Origin: Anaerolineales bacterium
GTDB lineage: Bacteria; Chloroflexota; Anaerolineae; Anaerolineales; RBG-16-64-43
Length of the DNA stretch: 64,000 nucleotides
Direction of reading: 5' to 3'
Assembly (NCBI GenBank): GCA_049511715.1
Contig: JBEKXU010000007.1
Location: forward strand, 8,615-72,614
Translations under genes and position numbers: made by a program
The notes under the pieces: model-generated
Database searches by the model: none
What the model saw: the letters and a program-made list of their open reading frames with translations, nothing else
What the model was told of the DNA's origin: nothing
Part shown: one piece after another, positions 1-7,909 of the stretch
Numbering within the stretch: position 1 is the first letter of the stretch
Layout of the letters: each line of letters starts with the position of its first letter

Positions 1-2425
1 TGATCCGGCCAATCCCCTGCTGGTGTCCTGTCGGTCCGGGGCCAAGTTTTCCATGCCCGGGATGATGGACACCGTGCTGAACCTCGGTCTTAATGACGAC
101 ACGGCGCAGGGAATGATTGAATTGACGGAAAACCCGCGCTTTGTCTACGATGCCTACCGGCGTCTGGTGCAGATGTTCGGCACCGTGGTCATGGGCGTTC
201 CGGACGAGCCTTTTGAGAAAGTTCTGGAGGAATTCCGCAAGCGGCGTGGGGTTTCTTCCGACGCCGACTTGAAGACGGATGACCTCAAGGCGATCACCGC
301 CCGTTTCAAGGACCTTGTCCATGAGCACACCGGTCGGGAGTTCCCCTCCGACCCCCTGGAGCAATTGCGCCTGGCAACCGAGGCGGTTTTCAAATCCTGG
401 AACGGGAAACGGGCCATTGACTACCGCAATGCCGCGGGCATTTCCCATGACCTGGGGACCGCTGTGAGTATTGTGACCATGGTCTTCGGAAACATGGGCT
501 CAGATTCCGGCACCGGGGTGGTGACCACCCGCAACGTGACCGACGGCACCAAACAGCTGGAGGGCGACTTCCTGACGAATGCCCAGGGAGAGGATGTGGT
601 GGCGGGCACTCGGGCCACCCGTCCGATTTCGGCCCTCAAAGACGAAATGCCCAAGATCTACGCGCAGTTTGCACGGGTCTGCCAGCAGCTGGAGAAGCAC
701 TACCGCGAGACCCAGGATGTCGAGTTCACGATCGAACGCGGAAAGCTGTGGATGTTGCAGACGCGGGACGCCAAGCGCACAGCTCAGGCGGCGATTCGCA
801 TCGCGGTCGAGATGGTCAAAGAGGGTCTGATCACGCGGACCGAAGCGGTCGAGCGGGTCCAGCCGGAACATGTCGACTTCTTCCTGCACCCCCAGTTTGA
901 TCCCGCGGAGAAACGCGCCGCCGAGGGGAGGGGGGACTTGATTGCCAAGGGTCTCAACGTCTCGCCCGGCGCCGCCGTCGGACAGATCACTTTTGACGCG
1001 GATACCGCCGAGCGCTGGTCCAAGGTTGACAAGAAAGACGTGATCATGGTCCGCCCGGAGACCAAGCCGGACGATGTGCATGGGATGCTCGCGGCCAAGG
1101 GCATCCTGACCAGCCGCGGGGGGCGCACCAGCCACGCCGCCCTGGTGGCCCGCCAGTTTGGGAAGCCTGCGGTTGTGGGAGTAGCCGCGATCGAGGTCGA
1201 CCTGGAGCGTCGCATCTTCAAAGTGGGCAGTCGGGTGTTCCAAGAGGGCGACTTTGTTTCGATCGATGGCACCTCGGGCGAGGTGTTTGCCGGAAAGATC
1301 AAGTCGGTGGTCCCGGATATCACGGACCCCTTCTTGAACGAGCTGCTGTCCTGGGCCGATAAGATCCGCCGCCTGGGAGTTTGGGCCAACGCCGACTACC
1401 CCAAAGATGCGGAGCGCGCCCGCCGCAACGGGGCGCAGGGGATTGGGCTTTGCCGAACCGAACACATGTTTTTCCAGACCGAACGTCTTCCGATTGTCCA
1501 GCAGATGATTCTTGCCAAGACACTTCAGGAACGCAAGAATGCCTTGGACAAGTTGCTGCCTTTCCAGCGCTCGGACTTCGTGGGCTTGTTCCGCGCGATG
1601 GACGGCCTGCCGGTCACCATCCGCTTGATTGACCCGCCGATGCACGAATTCCTGCCCTCCTATGAGTCCCTTCTTCAGGAGGTCACCGAACTGAGGGTCC
1701 GTGGGAAGAATCCGTCGCTCCTGGCCGAAAAGGAGAAAATGATGTCGGCCGTGGAGGCGCTGCGCGAGGACAACCCGATGCTTGGCTTGCGAGGGGTGCG
1801 TCTGGGCATTCACATCCCGGAGCTTACCCAGATGCAAGTCCGGGCGATCTTTGAGGCGGCCTGCCAGTGCACCAAGGAGGGCCTGAAGGTCCATCCCAAG
1901 GTCATGATCCCTCTGATCTCTCACATCAACGAGCTGCGCCTGGAACAGACCGCGCTGGAGGAAGAGGCCAAGCGGGTCATGGAGGAACAGGGGGTCAAGA
2001 TTCCCTACATGTTCGGGACCATGATCGAGATCCCGCGGGCGGCCCTCACCGCCGACCGGATCGCGGAGTTGGCGCAGTTCTTTTCCTTCGGCACCAACGA
2101 CCTGACGCAAATGACTTTCGGCATCTCGCGCGACGATGCGGAAACCGGATTCTTGATGGAATACCTGGACAAGGGGATTCTGCCTGAGAATCCGTTCGCC
2201 AGCATCGATGAGACGGGGGTCGGCAAGCTGATGGAGATGGGGGTCAAACTGGGCCGGGCAACACGCCCCTCCCTGGAGGTCGGGATCTGCGGCGAACACG
2301 GCGGCGATCCAAAATCGATTGCCTTCTGCCACCGCATCGGCCTGGACTACGTCTCCTGCTCGCCCTTCCGGGTGCCGATTGCTCGGCTCGCCGCGGCCCA
2401 CGCCGCCTTGCAGGATAAGAAGTAG
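1..2425 (+). CDS. ppdK: pyruvate, phosphate dikinase (C-terminal ~800 aa; 5' end lies upstream of the window)
   Basis: The frame is open to the window edge. Motifs: MPGMMDTVLNLGLND, phospho-His swivel TSRGGRTSHAALVARQ, and PEP-utilizer C-terminal motifs GLCRTEHMF, FFSFGTNDLTQ and ICGEHGGDP. Confidence 0.95.
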   Translation, partial: DPANPLLVSCRSGAKFSMPGMMDTVLNLGLNDDTAQGMIELTENPRFVYDAYRRLVQMFGTVVMGVPDEPFEKVLEEFRKRRGVSSDADLKTDDLKAITARFKDLVHEHTGREFPSDPLEQLRLATEAVFKSWNGKRAIDYRNAAGISHDLGTAVSIVTMVFGNMGSDSGTGVVTTRNVTDGTKQLEGDFLTNAQGEDVVAGTRATRPISALKDEMPKIYAQFARVCQQLEKHYRETQDVEFTIERGKLWMLQTRDAKRTAQAAIRIAVEMVKEGLITRTEAVERVQPEHVDFFLHPQFDPAEKRAAEGRGDLIAKGLNVSPGAAVGQITFDADTAERWSKVDKKDVIMVRPETKPDDVHGMLAAKGILTSRGGRTSHAALVARQFGKPAVVGVAAIEVDLERRIFKVGSRVFQEGDFVSIDGTSGEVFAGKIKSVVPDITDPFLNELLSWADKIRRLGVWANADYPKDAERARRNGAQGIGLCRTEHMFFQTERLPIVQQMILAKTLQERKNALDKLLPFQRSDFVGLFRAMDGLPVTIRLIDPPMHEFLPSYESLLQEVTELRVRGKNPSLLAEKEKMMSAVEALREDNPMLGLRGVRLGIHIPELTQMQVRAIFEAACQCTKEGLKVHPKVMIPLISHINELRLEQTALEEEAKRVMEEQGVKIPYMFGTMIEIPRAALTADRIAELAQFFSFGTNDLTQMTFGISRDDAETGFLMEYLDKGILPENPFASIDETGVGKLMEMGVKLGRATRPSLEVGICGEHGGDPKSIAFCHRIGLDYVSCSPFRVPIARLAAAHAALQDKK

Positions 2426-2463
2426 CCGGAGGTCTTCCGCGGGCCGTCCCCCTGGGAAAAGCC

Positions 2464-2496
2464 ATCGGGCGGGGAAGAACCCCGCCCGATTTGATT
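2464..2496 (+). terminator. intrinsic terminator-like hairpin after ppdK (could act in both directions, since it sits between convergent genes)
   Basis: Perfect 11-bp stem ATCGGGCGGGG / CCCCGCCCGAT with loop AAGAA, followed by TTGATT, 39 nt after the ppdK stop. Confidence 0.65.
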
Positions 2497-2548
2497 CCTG
2501 CCTGCCGGGCGAGCGGCGCGGGGCCGGATCCTGCGCTACGGTCGAACC

Positions 2549-3052
2549 TCACCATCCCTGCAGGAAGGTGCCCCAATCCTGGTTGTCATGCAAGTGACGG
2601 CCAAAGAGGTAAACGGCTGTGGCGGAGGGTTCGCGCGGCGCATGCAGCAGGTGCATGTGGGCCTCATCCGAAGTGCGTCCCCCCTTATGCCGGTTGCAAC
2701 TCGGGCAGGCGGCCACGAGATTGTCCCAGGAATGGCTTCCACCGCGATGGCGCGGGATCACGTGGTCCACCGTCAGGTGAGGGGTTTGGCGGCCGCAGTA
2801 TTGGCAGGTGAATTCGTCCCGGCGAAACACCTCCCGCTTGCTCAGGCGGACCCGCGGATGCGGCCGGTGGATCATCTTCTCGAGTTGGATGACGGAGGGA
2901 CGCGGGAACGTGAGGCGCACGGTCCGAACATACCCGCGACCGTTCGCGAGCATGCGGGCCTTTCCGGCCACGATCAGATTCAGAGCCCGATGGGTGTTGC
3001 ACACGTGAAGCGGCTCAAAGTTTGCGTTCAATACCAGGACGAGTTCGCTCAC
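2549..3052 (-). CDS. HNH endonuclease family protein
   Basis: 167-aa ORF with the HNH / zinc-finger core CQYCGRQTPHLTVDHVIPRHRGGSHSWDNLVAACPSCNRHKG. Confidence 0.85.
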   Translation of the reverse strand: MSELVLVLNANFEPLHVCNTHRALNLIVAGKARMLANGRGYVRTVRLTFPRPSVIQLEKMIHRPHPRVRLSKREVFRRDEFTCQYCGRQTPHLTVDHVIPRHRGGSHSWDNLVAACPSCNRHKGGRTSDEAHMHLLHAPREPSATAVYLFGRHLHDNQDWGTFLQGW

Positions 3053-3278
3053 CTAATTCTCCCGATCTTGGGAGCGAGTATAGCACGCCGGTTCCAGGAT
3101 CGACAAGAGTCAAGCACCGCTTCTCGGTGGAGGGCCGCACACGGTCCTTACCCTGGGTCCTGAACCCCCAGGAGCCTCGTGGGAATCCATGGCCGGACGC
3201 GTCTGGGGAGGCTTCCCCTGAGCCGATGGCGGGGGTCGTCCCAAGAACCCGCCCGGAAGAGGCCGGGACAGGGGACTC

Positions 3279-4424
3279 TTACGTAAACCTCTTTCGGACC
3301 TCCGCGCTCAAAAAGTCCATCGTCCAGACGACGATGACGATGCCTAGGATCGCCGTCCCGGCCTTCGAGTAGTCGAGCAGATTGATCTCCTGGCTCAGGT
3401 AGAAGCCGATGCCTCCACCGCCCACAAACCCGAGGATGGTGCTGATCCGGACGTTGATATCCCAGTGATAGATGACAAATGAGATAAAGTCCGGGACAAC
3501 CTGCGGCACCACGGCAAACCGAACGGCCTCCGGTCGGCTGGCCCCTGTTGCCGTGACCGCCTCGAGCGGGCCGGGGTCAATGTTCTCGACCGCCTCCGAG
3601 AACAACTTGCCCAGGGAGGCGATGGTAACCACGGACAAGGCCAGCACGCCGGCAAACGGCCCAAAACCAACCCAGAAGGCGAACACCGTGGCTAGCACCA
3701 ATGACTCGTAGGAGCGCACAATATCCAGGATCGCGCGAACCACCGTGTAGACGGCGTTTCCCAGCCAGGTCCCACCCATAATGTTTCGGGCGGCCAGGAA
3801 GCTTACCGGCACGGCCACAAGGGTTCCCGCCGTGGTGGCCAAGAGGGCCATGAAGACGGTCTGGATGATCAGGTTGATGACGTCATTCAACGCTGGGCTC
3901 GGCAAGAGACCTCCGGTTGGGACTGAGGTCTCCACTTGCAAATGGCTGGCCTTGCCGCCCGTGGTGGTATTGATCGGACGCACCTGAATCTGCTGGCTGA
4001 AGGTGCCCCGGGAATCGGTCTGGGCTAGCTCAGAGAACAGGTCGAAGCCGCTCGGCAGAAGCCACTGGATCTTCACTTGTTCATTCGGGGGCAAGTCGAA
4101 CCCCTCGACCGTAATCATGTCCATCGGGTTGGCGCAGGATACGCTCGGGACAAAGCGCGGCCCACTGCTCGGGGCCCTTGTGGCGGCAGCTGAACCGCAG
4201 GGGACGGGGAAAACGAGATCCAGAGTGCTGTTCACGGTCCGGCGCGTCACCAGGTCGGGATGAAGAAGCTCGCTGAGGATCTCTTGGCTCTTGGGGAGCG
4301 AGGTGACCAGCTTGACCAGATCAATCTGGGTCACCCGATACCCGATCACGTAGGCTCCAATCGCCAGGAGCGCGAAGAGAACGGTGACCAACCGGCGTCG
4401 CAGACTGAAATCTCTGGGAGTCAT
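3279..4424 (-). CDS. phnE: phosphonate ABC transporter permease PhnE (long form with an inserted extracytoplasmic domain)
   Basis: PhnE-type permease core (SFLAARNIMGG, GASRPEAVRFAVVPQVVPDFISFVIYHWDINVRISTILGFVGGGGIG). The stop of the upstream permease is 1 nt from this start. Confidence 0.85.
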   Translation of the reverse strand: MTPRDFSLRRRLVTVLFALLAIGAYVIGYRVTQIDLVKLVTSLPKSQEILSELLHPDLVTRRTVNSTLDLVFPVPCGSAAATRAPSSGPRFVPSVSCANPMDMITVEGFDLPPNEQVKIQWLLPSGFDLFSELAQTDSRGTFSQQIQVRPINTTTGGKASHLQVETSVPTGGLLPSPALNDVINLIIQTVFMALLATTAGTLVAVPVSFLAARNIMGGTWLGNAVYTVVRAILDIVRSYESLVLATVFAFWVGFGPFAGVLALSVVTIASLGKLFSEAVENIDPGPLEAVTATGASRPEAVRFAVVPQVVPDFISFVIYHWDINVRISTILGFVGGGGIGFYLSQEINLLDYSKAGTAILGIVIVVWTMDFLSAEVRKRFT

Positions 4425-4425
4425 G

Positions 4426-5829
4426 CTAGACCAATTGCGCTCGGACCCGAGCGCTCACGGCATCCAGCACCAACACGATCACGGCGATGGCAATAAAACA
4501 GCATCCCACCGGACGAAACTGGCCCTTGGTGATCCATTGGTAGAGATAAAAGCCGATTCCGCCGCCCCCGACAAACCCGATGATGGTCGAAGTGCGCACG
4601 TTGATGTCCCAGCGATAGATAGTGAAGGAAGTGAAGGGGGGCACGATTTGAGGGATGACGGCGTATCGGACCATCTGGGGCCAGGAGCCTCCGGTCGCCC
4701 GAACGGCTTCGAGCGGCCCGGGGTCGATCCCCTCAATGACCTCGGAGTAGAGCTTGGCCAGAGCAGCGATGCTATGCAGGCCAATGGCAATAACCCCGGC
4801 GAAGGGGCCTAATCCGACAATGACCACGAAGATGATCGCGATGATCAGCGGCTCAATGGAGCGCAGGATGTTGAGGGCGGTCCTGGTGAGCGTGTAAATG
4901 GCCAGGGTGACCACGTTGCCGCCCATGAGATTGCGGGCTGCCAAGAAACTGATCGGGACGGCGACTAGCATCCCTGCGGTGGTCGCCATCAACGCGAGGA
5001 AGATGGTCTGCACGACCCCATCGAGGACGTAGTTGCCATCCTGCGTGAGCTGGTAGCCGGGCAACGGGCGCGACTGCGTCAGGTAGACGGAGTGCTCAAG
5101 CGGCAACGCGGGATTCGGCATGGCGGTGAGGGCGTCGGGCGGGATCTGAATGACGGCGGTCAGATTCCCGTGGGAGTCCGAGGTCCGGATGAGCTCCGCC
5201 GCGAATTGGGGTCCCAGCGGCAACCGGCTGCCGATCGGGGTTGCCCAGTCGATTTCGGTCTGGGCATTGGGCCACAGCCCGCTGGCTCTCACGATCAGCA
5301 CCTCGTTGAGTTGGCCGCAGGAAGGCAGGACCTGAATCTGAATGCCGTTGACCTTGTTGGAAGCCGCGGGGGGGTTGGGCCCGCAGGGGACCTGGATCCC
5401 TACCCAACCGCTATTCGTATATTCCCGATGAGCCACGAAGTCAGGGTGCAACATGGGCCCGAGGATCATTCCGGCCCGGGCCAGGTTCTTGGTAAGCGCC
5501 GAAGGGTCGATCTGGGTGACTTGCCAGCCGATTCCGTACCCCATGACCAGGAGAGCCAAGACCGGGAAAGCTGCCGATCGACCTCTTCCTGCCTTGAGGC
5601 CGTAAGCGTCCCACACGTTCCACAGCCACAGGAAGCCGGGGACGAGGTACCAGCCTTTCACGCCGTACCAGGCCGCCGCCAGAATGGCGACCAGCGTGCT
5701 GAGGAACACCGCCAGCCCGCGATATCTTCTCCCTGCCCAAAATTGCCCCAGGCCAGGAATCAGAAGGGATAGGACCGCGCTCAAGTAGCCGGAGCGGTCG
5801 GATCTCTGGGACGCTGGAGGGGTGAGCAT
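4426..5829 (-). CDS. phnE: phosphonate ABC transporter permease PhnE (long form; N-terminal extra TM hairpin plus inserted domain)
   Basis: Same permease core (SFLAARNLMGG, GGSWPQMVRYAVIPQIVPPFTSFTIYRWDINVRTSTIIGFVGGGGIG). The start is set at ATG 5829, 1 nt after the phnC stop (5831-5833). The longer 5970 start would overlap phnC by 140 nt. Confidence 0.8.
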   Translation of the reverse strand: MLTPPASQRSDRSGYLSAVLSLLIPGLGQFWAGRRYRGLAVFLSTLVAILAAAWYGVKGWYLVPGFLWLWNVWDAYGLKAGRGRSAAFPVLALLVMGYGIGWQVTQIDPSALTKNLARAGMILGPMLHPDFVAHREYTNSGWVGIQVPCGPNPPAASNKVNGIQIQVLPSCGQLNEVLIVRASGLWPNAQTEIDWATPIGSRLPLGPQFAAELIRTSDSHGNLTAVIQIPPDALTAMPNPALPLEHSVYLTQSRPLPGYQLTQDGNYVLDGVVQTIFLALMATTAGMLVAVPISFLAARNLMGGNVVTLAIYTLTRTALNILRSIEPLIIAIIFVVIVGLGPFAGVIAIGLHSIAALAKLYSEVIEGIDPGPLEAVRATGGSWPQMVRYAVIPQIVPPFTSFTIYRWDINVRTSTIIGFVGGGGIGFYLYQWITKGQFRPVGCCFIAIAVIVLVLDAVSARVRAQLV

Positions 5830-5830
5830 G

Positions 5831-6601
5831 CTATTCCTCCTCGACCGTCGCCGCGCGAACCTCTTGGGCTTCCTCGCCGTATATCTCTTTGAATTTTGCC
5901 CGGTCGATCTCGCGCGGGAGCCCCTCAAAGACCTTAGCGCCCTCCTTGAGTCCAATGACCCGAGTCCCATAGCGATGGACGAGGTCGAGGAAATGGAGGC
6001 TGCAGATTACGGTGATGCCTTCGCGGTTCAGTTGTTCCAGGTAGTGGAGGATGGAATGGGCCAGGACCGGGTCCAGCGAGGCAACCGGTTCGTCCGCGAG
6101 AATCAGCTTCGGTTCCTGCATCAACGTGCGGGCGATACCTACTCTTTGTTGTTGTCCTCCGGACAGAGTGTCGGCCCGGACGGAGACCTTGTCGGCAATG
6201 CCGACTCGCTCCAAGGCTCGAAGCGCGAGCTCGCGGTCCGAGCGGGGCCAGATTCCGATCAGGCTCAGCAGCGGGTTGGCGTACCCCAGCCTGCCCGCGA
6301 GAACGTTGGTAAGGACACTGCTTCGCTTGACCAGGTTGAATTGCTGGAACACCATGCCAATGTGACGGCGAGCCTTGCGTAATTCCGCGGGAGGAGCTTT
6401 GGTGAGGTCCAGGTCATCCCACAGGATACGACCCTCCGTCGGGTCGATCAGGCGGTTAATACAACGCAGCAAAGTGGATTTGCCGGAGCCGGAGAGGCCG
6501 ATCACTACCAGAAATTCTCCGTCCTGGACCGTAAAGCTCACATCCTTCAAGGCGACCGTCCCACTGGGGTACACCTTGGTCAGGTGTTCAACTTGGAGCA
6601 A
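5831..6601 (-). CDS. phnC: phosphonate ABC transporter ATP-binding protein PhnC
   Basis: Walker A GLSGSGKST, ABC signature LSGGQQQRV, Walker B LILADEP; operon position between phnD and phnE. Confidence 0.9.
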   Translation of the reverse strand: MLQVEHLTKVYPSGTVALKDVSFTVQDGEFLVVIGLSGSGKSTLLRCINRLIDPTEGRILWDDLDLTKAPPAELRKARRHIGMVFQQFNLVKRSSVLTNVLAGRLGYANPLLSLIGIWPRSDRELALRALERVGIADKVSVRADTLSGGQQQRVGIARTLMQEPKLILADEPVASLDPVLAHSILHYLEQLNREGITVICSLHFLDLVHRYGTRVIGLKEGAKVFEGLPREIDRAKFKEIYGEEAQEVRAATVEEE

Positions 6602-6682
6602 GATGCCACCTCGGGTTGGCCGAAAGGAGTTCAGGGGAGAGAGGAAAACACTCCCTCCCCTGAAGTACGCCTGTGGGAGATG

Positions 6683-7723
6683 CTATTTCACGTACTGGCT
6701 GAGGTCAATACCGGACGATTGCAGGTAGGAGCGGAACTGATCATAGAACGTGTCCTGGCCCTGGGTCAGCCCGCCGATCTGGTAAAGGTCGTTGAGCGCC
6801 TTCTTGCCAGCATCCGTGCCGGCGATCTGGAGCATGGCGGCCGTGATCTTGGCTTGCATGTCCTGGGGCATATCGGGGGCGTAGGACATGTTGTCATTGG
6901 GGATGATCGGAGGCGTCTCGAACACCACCTCGACCTTGGTCATGATATCGGGCAGGTCAGTGGTCACGTCCGCCCGCGCATCCACGTACGTGGTCCCGAA
7001 GTCACAGATGCCGCCCACATAGACGGCCCGCGCGACTTGGTCGTGGCCTTCCAAGTACAGAGGGGCCTTGAGATCCGTGTCCGGATTGAGGCCGGCGCTC
7101 TTCAGGAAGATGAGAGGCAGGACGTATCCCGAAGCGGATTGCGGATCAACGAAGCAGGGACGCTTCCCCTTGAATTGCAGCAGGGTCGAGATATCGGCGC
7201 TGGTTGCCGGCGTGTCGGCCGCAGGCTTGTAACCCGCGTCCGCGCGGGCGATGAACTGGGAACCGTAGTATTGCGATCCGTTGCGCATGGTGATCAGGGC
7301 CACATTCGCGTAACCCTTTTGATGGGCCAGGATGTAGGCGAAGGTCGCCATCCAGCCGATTTGGGCGTTGCCCGAGCCCATAGCCTCGGTCAGTGCGGCG
7401 TAGGAAGTCGGAACGACCCCCTTGAAGGTCAGGCCGGTGGCCTGCGACAGGAGGTCGAGGACTTCCGTCCCGCCGGTCGTTATGGACTGCGAGGTGGCCG
7501 AGGGCTCAAAACCGACCACGATTGGGTTCGCGGCAGTCCCCAGGTTGGCGACGGTGGCCTCCGTGGGGCTCGCCGCGGGCGCCGCGGTTGGCGCAGCTGG
7601 CGCGGTAGGGGCGGTCGCTTCCGTCGGTGCTGCGGTCGGCACGGGAGTCGCGGCCGGCGCGCAGGCAGCCATGACCACGACCAGAAGGGGTGCCACCACT
7701 AGCAGAAGGGTTCGATTGCGCAT
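6683..7723 (-). CDS. phnD: phosphonate ABC transporter substrate-binding lipoprotein PhnD
   Basis: Signal peptide ending in Cys (LLVVVMAAC), a ~40-aa Pro/Thr/Ala linker, then a PhnD-like binding domain. Strong SD GGAGGAAAGGAG upstream of the ATG. Confidence 0.85.
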   Translation of the reverse strand: MRNRTLLLVVAPLLVVVMAACAPAATPVPTAAPTEATAPTAPAAPTAAPAASPTEATVANLGTAANPIVVGFEPSATSQSITTGGTEVLDLLSQATGLTFKGVVPTSYAALTEAMGSGNAQIGWMATFAYILAHQKGYANVALITMRNGSQYYGSQFIARADAGYKPAADTPATSADISTLLQFKGKRPCFVDPQSASGYVLPLIFLKSAGLNPDTDLKAPLYLEGHDQVARAVYVGGICDFGTTYVDARADVTTDLPDIMTKVEVVFETPPIIPNDNMSYAPDMPQDMQAKITAAMLQIAGTDAGKKALNDLYQIGGLTQGQDTFYDQFRSYLQSSGIDLSQYVK

Positions 7724-7909
7724 GGGGTGCTCCTTTCCTCCTCAGACATCGGCTGATTGCAAGTGCGCGGCAAGACATCACGGATTGCCAGGATTCGCTC
7801 CGGGTAACCACCTCCCTTTCGTTGGGCTATGTGATCGGTCACGTGCGGCCAACCTATACTACCCCGGCTCTCGCCTTCTTGCAACCGTGTCGCGGCCGAG
7901 CGTATACTC

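Noticed and set aside
500-2401. 633-aa ORF antisense to ppdK. The same pattern recurs antisense to other strongly identified genes: 6584-7702, 7975-8766, 16480-17817, 24194-25498, 27876-28988, 30250-31623, 34372-35625, 35638-36681, 40801-41826, 41914-42837, 46241-47536, 51305-52864, 54291-55562, 55417-56490 and 57662-58807.
   Set aside because: These are shadow ORFs typical of GC-rich DNA. Their translations are Arg/Gly/Pro/His-rich with no motifs, and each is fully overlapped by a gene with clear family signatures on the other strand.
5830-5970. Longer 514-aa version of the upstream phnE ORF.
   Set aside because: It would overlap phnC by 140 nt with an Arg/Ser-rich extension, whereas ATG 5829 sits 1 nt after the phnC stop.
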